Positions 37,783 through 44,938 of a stretch of 64,000 bases of DNA are shown here, piece by piece. The first letter of the stretch is position 1. The number at the start of each line of letters is the position of its first letter. Location: the sequence record PZ445498.1; one strand, given 5' to 3'. The translations under genes and the position numbers were made by a program. The notes beneath the pieces were generated by a model that did no database searches, was not told the origin of the DNA, and saw only the letters and a program-made list of their open reading frames with translations. This stretch comes from a phage.

Positions 37783-38115
37783 ATGGATATTTACACTACT
37801 CCAGCAGTAAATCTGATTGGCTCTTGCCTTGTGCATTTCCGCTTCTTCCAAACGGATGATAGCAAAGAGGAATATACTTATCCTCTGATGGATTTTCAGA
37901 TTGAGGATTTCTTTCGTGAAGTTCGTAATATTTCTGGAAACTTCTTCTATGGTATGGATAAGGAAGATTTTGACATTGAGTTCCCTATAATCTCTCGTTA
38001 TTTCCTAGAACAGTCTGACGCTCATTTTAGTAAGATTGAGCATATGGAAGTAGCATGGGCAATTCAGTTCGAGATTACTGGTTTTGCTCGATATATTCAG
38101 GGTTACGAACTCTAA
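37783..38115 (+). CDS. hypothetical protein
   Basis: Start ATG 37783 overlapping upstream stop. Confidence 0.45.
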   Translation: MDIYTTPAVNLIGSCLVHFRFFQTDDSKEEYTYPLMDFQIEDFFREVRNISGNFFYGMDKEDFDIEFPIISRYFLEQSDAHFSKIEHMEVAWAIQFEITGFARYIQGYEL

Positions 38116-38124
38116 AGATTACAT

Positions 38125-38201
38125 GGGGGTGTAATCGAATTGGCATAGGTACTGGACTTAAAATTCAGGTTTTGTGGGTTCGAATCCCACCACCCCTACC
38201 A
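38125..38201 (+). tRNA. tRNA, class-I length, anticodon TAA (Leu-type anticodon)
   Basis: Acceptor GGGGGTG/CACCCCT, anticodon arm CTGGA-CTTAAAA-TTCAG, T arm GTGGG-TTCGAAT-CCCAC, A73, CCA; imperfect D stem. Confidence 0.5.
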
Positions 38202-38216
38202 AATTAAGGAAATAAA

Positions 38217-38339
38217 ATGAAAGCTATTAAGAAAGCACTACGTAAATTTATGTACTGTCGTTTTCATAGCATCAAGACTTCAACTAATGGTACGACTTAT
38301 GATCGCTATGATCCTAAGTTTGGCTTACATTCTAAATAA
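38217..38339 (+). CDS. hypothetical small basic peptide
   Basis: 40 aa ORF with AAGGAAATAAA RBS right after the tRNA; speculative. Confidence 0.3.
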   Translation: MKAIKKALRKFMYCRFHSIKTSTNGTTYDRYDPKFGLHSK

Positions 38340-38352
38340 CTGGAGAAAACAA

Positions 38353-38559
38353 ATGGCTAATCCTGAAATTACGGCACAACGCTTTATGCTGAAAGGAATT
38401 ATTGCTGAAGCAGGCATGACAGAAGAAGTTACAGATTTTCAAAAGCAATTCCTCAATATTCTCACTCAAGCTAAAGAGCTAGGAGAGAAGGAACATGGCG
38501 CGGCTATTATGGCAATCACGTTGGTTGGGCTTGATCTGGCTGAAGAATCAGGAGTTTAA
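38353..38559 (+). CDS. hypothetical small protein
   Basis: ATG 38353 after GGAG RBS; track ORF 38287 is an in-frame upstream extension. Confidence 0.45.
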   Translation: MANPEITAQRFMLKGIIAEAGMTEEVTDFQKQFLNILTQAKELGEKEHGAAIMAITLVGLDLAEESGV

Positions 38560-38589
38560 CTCCTCCAAGCAGAAATTTTAAAAATGTAC

Positions 38590-38619
38590 TTGCTTTTTAC
38601 TTAAGATTTCTGTTATAAT
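38590..38619 (+). promoter_or_regulatory. early promoter
   Basis: TTGCTT-18-TATAAT plus TATAAATTGATGAAGGAG leader. Confidence 0.65.
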
Positions 38620-38649
38620 AGTTATATAAATTGATGAAGGAGTTAACGA

Positions 38650-38925
38650 ATGCAAAATCGTGTTATAACAACTGGTATTGAAAGTGCAATCTGTAAATCC
38701 TGGGAAGGCTGGGAAGGTGAGATTGAATGGCTTTATTTCTATGATGTAGAACTTCTGCCGGAAATTAAAGCTAAATGTGTTGAAGCTGGCATGGCTCCAG
38801 ATGCTACGGCTGATGTTGAGATTAGCATGAATAAGTTAGAGGGTCGGGTAATCACTGTTAGTGATGAGGGTGAAGAAGTTTTTGAACTTCCGTTCTCCTT
38901 AACTGTCACTCCTAAGTTCGACTAA
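38650..38925 (+). CDS. hypothetical protein
   Basis: 91 aa ORF after promoter 38590-38619. Confidence 0.5.
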   Translation: MQNRVITTGIESAICKSWEGWEGEIEWLYFYDVELLPEIKAKCVEAGMAPDATADVEISMNKLEGRVITVSDEGEEVFELPFSLTVTPKFD

Positions 38926-38961
38926 CTGATACAGCACTGAGCAAGTTCTTTAAAGTTTGAC

Positions 38962-38991
38962 TTGCTCAAGTGCCTTAAAACTTGATATAAT
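38962..38991 (+). promoter_or_regulatory. promoter for tRNA operon (Tyr-Glu-Trp-Phe)
   Basis: TTGCTC-18-TATAAT; ~120 nt leader then tRNA-Tyr. Confidence 0.6.
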
Positions 38992-39115
38992 ATTTATCTA
39001 ATTTGGAAACATATCTGAATGAGAAGTAATTAAGCGAGTTGCTTTTAGGGGTAAAGTCAGGAAATCCTGAAATATTCCACCTTGAGTTTAACCGACTTAC
39101 TTTTCATTCAAATAT

Positions 39116-39196
39116 GGGGGATTGGCTCAGTGGCGACGGCGCCTGGCTGTAGACCGGGTATATCACGCGGAGGTTCGAGTCCTCCATCCCCCACCA
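39116..39196 (+). tRNA. tRNA-Tyr (anticodon GTA)
   Basis: Acceptor GGGGGAT/ATCCCCC, anticodon arm CCTGG-CTGTAGA-CCGGG, 10 nt variable region, T arm GGAGG-TTCGAGT-CCTCC, CCA. Confidence 0.65.
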
Positions 39197-39204
39197 AATT
39201 TAAT

Positions 39205-39279
39205 GCACCTATCGTCTAATGGTTAGGACATCAGGATTTCAATCTGAGAATCGGAGTTCAATTCTCCGTGGGTGTGCCA
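39205..39279 (+). tRNA. tRNA-Glu (anticodon TTC)
   Basis: Acceptor GCACCTA/TGGGTGT, D stem GTCT/GGAC, anticodon arm TCAGG-ATTTCAA-TCTGA, T arm CGGAG-TTCAATT-CTCCG, CCA. Confidence 0.8.
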
Positions 39280-39288
39280 ATTAATAAT

Positions 39289-39359
39289 TGGGGTACGCAT
39301 AGGTTGCTAGTGGGCCTCCAAAACCCATGAAAAGGTTTCGAATACCTTTACCCCTGCCA
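39289..39359 (+). tRNA. tRNA-Trp (anticodon CCA), short form
   Basis: Anticodon loop CTCCAAA, T arm AAGGT-TTCGAAT-ACCTT, 3' end TACCCCT-G-CCA; 1-72 is U-U and D arm short. Confidence 0.55.
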
Positions 39360-39365
39360 ATATTT

Positions 39366-39440
39366 GCACCTTTAGCTGAGATGGATTAGCGCTTGCCTGA
39401 AGAGCTTGAGAGGTTCGTTCAATTCGAACAGGGTGCACCA
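39366..39440 (+). tRNA. tRNA-Phe (anticodon GAA)
   Basis: Acceptor GCACCTT/AGGGTGC, D stem GCTG/TAGC, anticodon loop CTGAAGA, T arm GTTCG-TTCAATT-CGAAC, CCA. Confidence 0.75.
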
Positions 39441-39457
39441 ATTTGAAGGAGATGCTG

Positions 39458-39730
39458 ATGCATCCTGAAAACTTCTTTATATACTGTACTAGTCTTTTGC
39501 TTAAACGCCGGATTAATAAAGTATATCACTACAGAGCTAGTCAACAGCCTTATGTTTATGATTCTAGTGGAGATCATATTCCACTTGAGCAACTAGGGAC
39601 TGATTATATGGTTTTGAAGCACTTTAATGAGGCGAATATCTCTAGCGTTCATAACCGACAAAACTCTAAAACGTGGTGGCATAAGAAGCGTAAGAAAGGC
39701 ATCAAATTTCTTAAAAATGTAGTTGCTTAA
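39458..39730 (+). CDS. hypothetical protein
   Basis: ATG 39458 after AAGGAG RBS. Confidence 0.45.
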   Translation: MHPENFFIYCTSLLLKRRINKVYHYRASQQPYVYDSSGDHIPLEQLGTDYMVLKHFNEANISSVHNRQNSKTWWHKKRKKGIKFLKNVVA

Positions 39731-39751
39731 ATCCTTAAAGTTCTGTATAAT
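39724..39751 (+). promoter_or_regulatory. early promoter
   Basis: TTGCTT-16-TATAAT plus CATAAATTGAACTGGAG leader; -35 overlaps upstream ORF end. Confidence 0.6.
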
Positions 39752-39779
39752 TATTACATAAATTGAACTGGAGAACTAG

Positions 39780-39968
39780 ATGAAAGCACCTAAACCGAAA
39801 TTAGTTAAGTTCGACTGCTGTGATACTGAAATCTTATTTACTAAGTTTGGTGAATTTAAGATGTGTGAATGTGGAACATGTGGTTACGATCATGGTGATG
39901 GATATTATTGCAGAACCCTAGGGCCTTCTGAACTAATCCACTTCTCATGGCCGGAAAGTAAAGAATAA
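39780..39968 (+). CDS. hypothetical small Zn-ribbon protein
   Basis: 62 aa with CC...CEC..C Cys cluster. Confidence 0.5.
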   Translation: MKAPKPKLVKFDCCDTEILFTKFGEFKMCECGTCGYDHGDGYYCRTLGPSELIHFSWPESKE

Positions 39969-39970
39969 TA

Positions 39971-40046
39971 CGACCGTTGGCTGAATGGCTTAGGCGGAGG
40001 CCTGCAAAACCTCCTTATGTGAGTTCGAATCTCATGCGGTCGTCCA
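39971..40046 (+). tRNA. tRNA-Cys (anticodon GCA)
   Basis: Acceptor CGACCGT/GCGGTCG, anticodon loop CTGCAAA, T arm GTGAG-TTCGAAT-CTCAT, U73 discriminator, CCA. Confidence 0.75.
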
Positions 40047-40053
40047 AATTTTA

Positions 40054-40136
40054 GGGTCGTTAGCCAAGCGGTTTGGCGGGGGACTGTTAATCCATGTCGA
40101 AAGACAACGTAGGTTCGAATCCTACACGGCCCGCCA
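40054..40136 (+). tRNA. tRNA with Asn-type anticodon arm (GTT) but 13 nt variable arm
   Basis: Acceptor GGGTCGT/ACGGCCC, D stem GCCA/TGGC, anticodon arm GGGGA-CTGTTAA-TCCAT, variable hairpin GTCGAAAGAC, T arm GTAGG-TTCGAAT-CCTAC, CCA. Confidence 0.6.
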
Positions 40137-40163
40137 ATTTCATTAACAACTGAGGAAATAGAT

Positions 40164-40349
40164 ATGACAACTCGTGCAATTGCTCGACTAGAAGCTGATC
40201 GTGATAATCTGATTAATAATATTAAGGTTCGTGATAATATTATTAAGGCTCTGAAAGCTGAACTTCTTGAAGAACTTCAAGGTCAAGTAGAGCGTCGTGA
40301 AGCTCTAAAAGAGGTTGAGGAAGCTATCGAAAAACTCAAGGCTGAATAA
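40164..40349 (+). CDS. hypothetical small coiled-coil protein
   Basis: 61 aa ORF. Confidence 0.45.
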   Translation: MTTRAIARLEADRDNLINNIKVRDNIIKALKAELLEELQGQVERREALKEVEEAIEKLKAE

Positions 40350-40352
40350 ATT

Positions 40353-40934
40353 ATGCACGGAATATCCTTACCCATTCCAGGGTTTGAGGAGTACTTAGTA
40401 AGTTTGGATGGGTTAGTATTTAGTATCAAATCAAACAAAATACTAACCCCAATAACCAGTAATTACGGATACTTATCTATACGTCTCCATAAAAATGGTC
40501 AACAGAGAAATACCGGTGTACATAGGATTTTAGCATGTGCATTTAAGAAATTACCAAGTCTAGACTCTGAACTAGAAGTTGACCATATTAACACAGACAT
40601 TACTTATTGGGGTCTTAATAACTTACAAGTGCTCACAAAAGAGCAGCATCTAGAAAAGACTTTAAAAGACAAAGGATTTAGTAAACTAAACCATGATAAT
40701 TGTTGTAAGGATTGTGGTAAAGCTATTTCTTTAAAAGCTGAAAAATGTCAGGAGTGCTCTTCATATAAACCAAAAGATATCTCTATAACTAAAGAAATAA
40801 TCGAGGTTACAGTAAGAGAGCTAGGCTGGTCAGGTGCAGGGAGAAAGTTAAGTTATTCAGATAATGGGTTGCGTAAAAGATACACTTCTTTAGGAGGCAA
40901 TCCTAAAGAACTTAAAAAGTTAAAGGTACTATAG
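40353..40934 (+). CDS. HNH homing endonuclease
   Basis: HNH core ELEVDHINTD and C-terminal Cys4 CCKDCGK...CQEC; stop codon lies in first bases of tRNA-Asp. Confidence 0.7.
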   Translation: MHGISLPIPGFEEYLVSLDGLVFSIKSNKILTPITSNYGYLSIRLHKNGQQRNTGVHRILACAFKKLPSLDSELEVDHINTDITYWGLNNLQVLTKEQHLEKTLKDKGFSKLNHDNCCKDCGKAISLKAEKCQECSSYKPKDISITKEIIEVTVRELGWSGAGRKLSYSDNGLRKRYTSLGGNPKELKKLKVL

Positions 40935-40999
40935 TCTAACGGTTAGGATACTCCCCTGTCACGGGAGAGGTAGGGTTTCGATTACCCTTAGTACCGCCA
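40925..40999 (+). tRNA. tRNA-Asp (anticodon GTC)
   Basis: Acceptor GGTACTA/TAGTACC, anticodon arm CTCCC-CTGTCAC-GGGAG, T arm AGGGT-TTCGATT-ACCCT, G73, CCA. Confidence 0.85.
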
Positions 41000-41005
41000 A
41001 ATTAT

Positions 41006-41081
41006 ACATCCATAGCTCAATTGGTTAGAGCTACCGCCTCTTAAGCGGTAGGTTCTAGGTTCAAGTCCTAGTGGGTGTACC
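41006..41081 (+). tRNA. tRNA-Lys (anticodon CTT)
   Basis: Acceptor ACATCCA/TGGGTGT, D stem GCTC/GAGC, anticodon arm ACCGC-CTCTTAA-GCGGT, T arm CTAGG-TTCAAGT-CCTAG, CCA. Confidence 0.8.
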
Positions 41082-41295
41082 AAACATCAGAGCAGCGTGA
41101 TGTACTGCAAAGACCCAAAGTCCGGGGTGGACTTCTTGATTCAAAGGAGCAGGCATTAATTATCATTCTAGCGTGGTGGAGAGGGGACACCAGCTTGCCG
41201 AGGGTAGAAGCTCGTTCGATTCGAGTGAAAGAATGGTTCTCGTAAATCCGCACAAGTGATAGTAGGTTCAAGTCCTACCTAGATTGACTCATTAT

Positions 41296-41369
41296 GCGTT
41301 CGTAGTTAAAAGGTATAATTTTTGGTTGCCAACCAGAAGTTGAGGGTTCGATTCCCTCCGACCGCACCA
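41296..41369 (+). tRNA. tRNA-Gly (anticodon GCC)
   Basis: Acceptor GCGTTCG/CGACCGC (one mismatch), D stem GTTA/TAAT, anticodon arm TTTGG-TTGCCAA-CCAGA, T arm GAGGG-TTCGATT-CCCTC, CCA. Confidence 0.7.
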
Positions 41370-41624
41370 AATCTTTGTAGGTCGCGTCACTTATAATGGG
41401 ACTACAGGGTAAACAAGGCGATGAGTTTCCGGCCGGTTCTAGTCGCTGAAAATCCTCCCGACCAGGTAGGTGTAGGTAAACGAAAGTTTACTTATTGAGT
41501 AGGTTCCGATAGATCGGCGAGTCTATTCTGGCATTTAAGAGAAGTCTCGCAAACTTCTTTGTCAGCCGTGGGGCTTGAACCCTCCAGGTGGCCTACGCAA
41601 TAAGTAAATTTATTAAAAATTCAT

Positions 41625-41653
41625 TTGCTATTTTGCTTAATTCTCTGTATAAT
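41625..41653 (+). promoter_or_regulatory. early promoter
   Basis: TTGCTA-17-TATAAT plus TTATAAAGTGTTGAGAAGGAAAG leader. Confidence 0.7.
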
Positions 41654-41685
41654 ATATCTTATAAAGTGTTGAGAAGGAAAGCAAA

Positions 41686-41883
41686 ATGAAAAAAGTTATG
41701 TTACTATCTGTATTCTTACTCACTGGTTGCTTTAAATTTGATTCAACCATTAACAAGGAGTATGAATTTGCAAAAAATTTCTGTGGTGGAGAGAGTAAAA
41801 TACAAAACTTCAGTATACACTCTACAATTCCTAGTACCATTTACTGCGTAGATGGACGGAATATTAATATTCCACCACAATAA
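41686..41883 (+). CDS. hypothetical lipoprotein
   Basis: Signal peptide with lipobox LLTGC. Confidence 0.5.
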   Translation: MKKVMLLSVFLLTGCFKFDSTINKEYEFAKNFCGGESKIQNFSIHSTIPSTIYCVDGRNINIPPQ

Positions 41884-41892
41884 AAGAATATT

Positions 41893-41969
41893 CTCCGATT
41901 AGCTCAATTGGCTAGAGTACACCGTTTGGGGCGGTGGGGTTGAAGGTTCGAGTCCTTCATTGGAGACCA
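41893..41969 (+). tRNA. tRNA-Pro (anticodon TGG)
   Basis: Acceptor CTCCGAT/ATTGGAG, anticodon arm CACCG-TTTGGGG-CGGTG, T arm GAAGG-TTCGAGT-CCTTC, CCA. Confidence 0.85.
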
Positions 41970-41975
41970 AACAAT

Positions 41976-42053
41976 TGCGGGTTAGATCTTTGGTAGAGAT
42001 CGCTAGTCTCATAAGCTAGAAAGAGGTAGGTTCGATTCCTACACCCGCTTCCA
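41976..42053 (+). tRNA. tRNA with CAT anticodon (Met or Ile-lysidine type)
   Basis: D stem GATC/GATC, anticodon arm CTAGT-CTCATAA-GCTAG, T arm GTAGG-TTCGATT-CCTAC, CCA; 1-72 is U-U. Confidence 0.7.
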
Positions 42054-42074
42054 ATTTAATAGAAGGATTTCGAA

Positions 42075-42239
42075 ATGAAATTATTTCGTTTAAAGGTAAG
42101 TGATCTACGATCTAGCAAAGATCGTAAGAAGTATCCACTAGCCCATTACGGTAAAGATAAAAACGAAGTGATGGCGGAATTAGGAATCAATCATCCTTAC
42201 TTGAAAGTCTACTCTATTAAGGAAGTCTATGCTAATTAA
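42075..42239 (+). CDS. hypothetical small basic protein
   Basis: 54 aa ORF with AAGGA RBS between tRNA and endonuclease gene; below track size cutoff. Confidence 0.4.
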   Translation: MKLFRLKVSDLRSSKDRKKYPLAHYGKDKNEVMAELGINHPYLKVYSIKEVYAN

Positions 42240-42702
42240 TAAAGTTTTAGCTGCCTTAAACCTTCCTGATAACTTCATTATAGATGATAAGCTCATAAGA
42301 GCTTATATGAGCAAATATAACGAAATTTCGGGTAAAGAAGGTAAGTTAAAAACTTCAGAGTTTAGATTCTGTTATCGAATGGCAGCCTTAAATCTCTTAA
42401 AGTATAAAAGGGAGCATAAAATACCTATAACGGAAGGTTTTGTATATGTAATTGGTAATCCAGCATGGCCAGGCATGTATAAAATAGGTATGACTATAGA
42501 TGTGAATGAGAGGTTAGCAAGTTATCAAACTTATTCACCTAATAGAGACTACAAGCTATACCATTTCAGATTTTCGTCGGATAAAAGACGTACAGAGAAA
42601 GAATTACATAATCTTCTTAAAGATTATAGAGTATCTGGAGAGTGGTTTGAAGTACCTGTACTAGATGCTTTTAAATTATTAGTAGAAAAATTGGATTGCT
42701 AG
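42229..42702 (+). CDS. T5orf172 / GIY-YIG-like domain protein, putative homing endonuclease
   Basis: Motif GFVYVIGN...YKIGMT...ERLASY characteristic of the T5orf172 family; stop codon lies in tRNA-Lys 5' end. Confidence 0.65.
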   Translation: MLINKVLAALNLPDNFIIDDKLIRAYMSKYNEISGKEGKLKTSEFRFCYRMAALNLLKYKREHKIPITEGFVYVIGNPAWPGMYKIGMTIDVNERLASYQTYSPNRDYKLYHFRFSSDKRRTEKELHNLLKDYRVSGEWFEVPVLDAFKLLVEKLDC

Positions 42703-42770
42703 CTCAACTGGATAAGAGTAGCGGACCTTTAATCCGTCAGTTCTGGGTTCGAATCCCAGGCAATCCACCA
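42693..42770 (+). tRNA. tRNA-Lys (anticodon TTT)
   Basis: Acceptor GGATTGC/GCAATCC, anticodon arm GCGGA-CCTTTAA-TCCGT, T arm CTGGG-TTCGAAT-CCCAG, CCA. Confidence 0.85.
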
Positions 42771-42774
42771 AATT

Positions 42775-42848
42775 GCTCGGTTAGTTTAATGGTAGAACCC
42801 CGTCTTTACACGGCGGTTGCGATAGTTCGATTCTATCACCGAGTACCA
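42775..42848 (+). tRNA. tRNA-Val (anticodon TAC)
   Basis: Acceptor GCTCGGT/ACCGAGT, anticodon arm CCGTC-TTTACAC-GGCGG, T arm GATAG-TTCGATT-CTATC, CCA. Confidence 0.8.
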
Positions 42849-42874
42849 ATTAACTCAAAATAAGGAATTGCAAA

Positions 42875-43228
42875 TGCAATTATCAAGCAAGGTTCAAGGC
42901 TATTTCGGTCATGTAACAATGGAGTTCGCTATCTCTTAAAGGTTGGGACTTCGAACAAGATCTAGCTGAATTCTACAAAGATATTGATCTGAACGTACCA
43001 TACATAGGACTCTCCACTGGTCAAGAGATTACAGAAGCCGATGTATTCAAGGCAAGTCAAGGTGAGGTAACACCTAGTTTTGCCGAGTTCTGGTTAGGTA
43101 TCACACTGAAAGAAGATGCACCGGATGGTGGTGTGGTTATGCAGAGTATGCACTCTGGAAGCTCTGATTACCTTTTCGTTAGCGACGTTAAGGAACTACA
43201 AGAAATCGCTAAAAATGTACTTGCTTGA
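42875..43228 (+). pseudogene. ORF interrupted by in-frame TAA (21 codons, stop at 42938-42940, then ~95 more codons)
   Basis: ATG 42875 with AAGGA RBS; in-frame TAA; downstream frame stays open to TGA 43226-43228 with no ATG near its start. Confidence 0.35.
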
Positions 43229-43239
43229 TGCTTAATTTC
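43211..43239 (+). promoter_or_regulatory. early promoter ahead of ORF-free leader and tRNA-Ala/Leu
   Basis: TTGCTT-17-TATAAT plus TATAAATTGATGTGAAAATAG leader. Confidence 0.7.
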
Positions 43240-43604
43240 TTGTTATAATATTTATATAAATTGATGTGAAAATAGCTGCCTAGATATCAGGTGTATGACG
43301 TCTACACTAGCAGAGCTACCGAAAAAGAGATCCTCAGGATAAACGCCGTAGCAAAATTAGTCTGATATCCATCAATTTAGTTCACTAAGGTATTAGCTCG
43401 ACCTAGGACTGGCTGCCAAAAAGCACAGTTGCAATTAGACCCCCTAATGGCGGGGGATGCTTTGCAATAAGTTCTAGATTAGTCCACTAGATTCAGCGGC
43501 TACTGAATAGTGTATTGGGTTTGCGAGATGACGCGGTTCCTTCCGCTCGAAGCGAAGGTGCTGTAGTTACGCCGAGCTAATAGCCTTAGTAAACTAAAGA
43601 ATTT

Positions 43605-43679
43605 GGGCGGTTAGTTTATCTGGGAAAATACCTGACTTGCACTCAGGAGTGAGGAGTTCGACTCTCCTACTGTCCACCA
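43605..43679 (+). tRNA. tRNA-Ala (anticodon TGC)
   Basis: Acceptor GGGCGGT/ACTGTCC with G3-U70 wobble, anticodon arm CCTGA-CTTGCAC-TCAGG, T arm AGGAG-TTCGACT-CTCCT, CCA. Confidence 0.85.
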
Positions 43680-43684
43680 AATTC

Positions 43685-43769
43685 GGGGCTATGCTGGAAC
43701 TGGTAGACAATACGGCCTTAGATTCCGTAGCTTAAATGCGTGGGAGTTCGAGTCTCCCTAGCCCCACCA
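43685..43769 (+). tRNA. tRNA-Leu (anticodon TAG)
   Basis: Acceptor GGGGCTA/TAGCCCC, anticodon loop CTTAGAT, long variable arm, T arm GGGAG-TTCGAGT-CTCCC, A73, CCA. Confidence 0.7.
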
Positions 43770-43785
43770 ACTTATAGGATAATGT

Positions 43786-44370
43786 ATGCAGTTTGTACCA
43801 ATAAAAGATGCACCAGGGTATTTAGTAAATGAAACAGGGGATGTGTTATCTACATTTACTAATAAAATTTTATCAAGATATATAGTTGATGGATACCCTG
43901 CTGTAAAATTACAGATAAATGGTAAGCAAACTTCGGTACTTATACACCGAATTATTTCCCATGTATTTGGGGACTTATATAATCTATTTGATCCTGAATT
44001 AGAAGTAGATCACAAGGATAGAGATAGGCTGAATCTATCTAAAGATAATCTTCAAGTTTTATCAAAAATAGAACATCAGAAGAAAACTAATAAAGATAAT
44101 GGATGGTCTGATAGTAGAGTACCTTGCCCCTTATGTGGAAATCTAATGCTTCAGAGATCAGTAACATGTACAAATTGTAAGCCAAAACCTACAGGAAAGT
44201 TAATAAAACCAGAATTGTCCTTAGAAGACATAACTGAAAAGGTTTTATTAATGGGGTGGGTTAAGGCAGCTAAAGATCTAGAAGTATCAGAGTCCACTTT
44301 ACGTAGACGATATACTAAACTAACCGGATTAAGCCCAAAAGTATTAACAGAACAACGGAAAAGCAAATAG
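43786..44370 (+). CDS. HNH homing endonuclease
   Basis: Paralog of 40353-40934 (ELEVDHKDRDRLN, Cys4 cluster); 3' end overlaps tRNA-Ser. Confidence 0.7.
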   Translation: MQFVPIKDAPGYLVNETGDVLSTFTNKILSRYIVDGYPAVKLQINGKQTSVLIHRIISHVFGDLYNLFDPELEVDHKDRDRLNLSKDNLQVLSKIEHQKKTNKDNGWSDSRVPCPLCGNLMLQRSVTCTNCKPKPTGKLIKPELSLEDITEKVLLMGWVKAAKDLEVSESTLRRRYTKLTGLSPKVLTEQRKSK

Positions 44371-44450
44371 ACTGGTGACTAAACCCGATTGGAAATCGGT
44401 TGAGGGGTAGCAATACCGCCTTATGGGTTCAACTCCCATCTTTTCCGCCA
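44357..44450 (+). tRNA. tRNA-Ser (anticodon GGA)
   Basis: Acceptor GGAAAAG/CTTTTCC, anticodon arm CCGA-TTGGAAA-TCGG, long variable arm, T arm ATGGG-TTCAACT-CCCAT, G73, CCA; overlaps HNH stop. Confidence 0.7.
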
Positions 44451-44462
44451 AACAATTTATAT

Positions 44463-44557
44463 GGTAGGTCAATCCAATGGCTGGCGCTGGACTCCGACTT
44501 GAAATCGGTTGATCGTAGTGATACGGTGTAAGGGTTCGATCCCCTTACCTACCTCCA
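44463..44557 (+). tRNA. tRNA-Ser (anticodon TGA)
   Basis: Acceptor GGTAGGT/ACCTACC, anticodon arm CCGA-CTTGAAA-TCGG, long variable arm, T arm AAGGG-TTCGATC-CCCTT, CCA. Confidence 0.7.
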
Positions 44558-44938
44558 AATCTTGAAGTATGCCGGAATCGGTAGACGGGGCTTCCTAAAG
44601 GGCGTAAGGGGAACATCCACTCCTCATAAGATACCCGAAAATGAGGCTGAGATAAATGGTCTATCTCATGAAGGTTCAAGTCCTTCTGCTTCTTGATACA
44701 TTAATGGCTCAAAGTGTAACGGTGCTATTTGATGTTCTTAGTAAGACTTTCCCGACATGCGTTCGGGAGTAAGCTGCTAAGGCTAGAGTAGAAGAGTTTC
44801 GGAGAGCCGCCACAATTGAGTATTATTAGAGAGCATTCGCAAGAAAGAATCAGGAGAAAAACCTGTGCGCAGAATGACTAACTTTGGTACCTTAGACGGC
44901 CAAATGGAGGACTGATCATCCCCTAATAGTATTCAATT

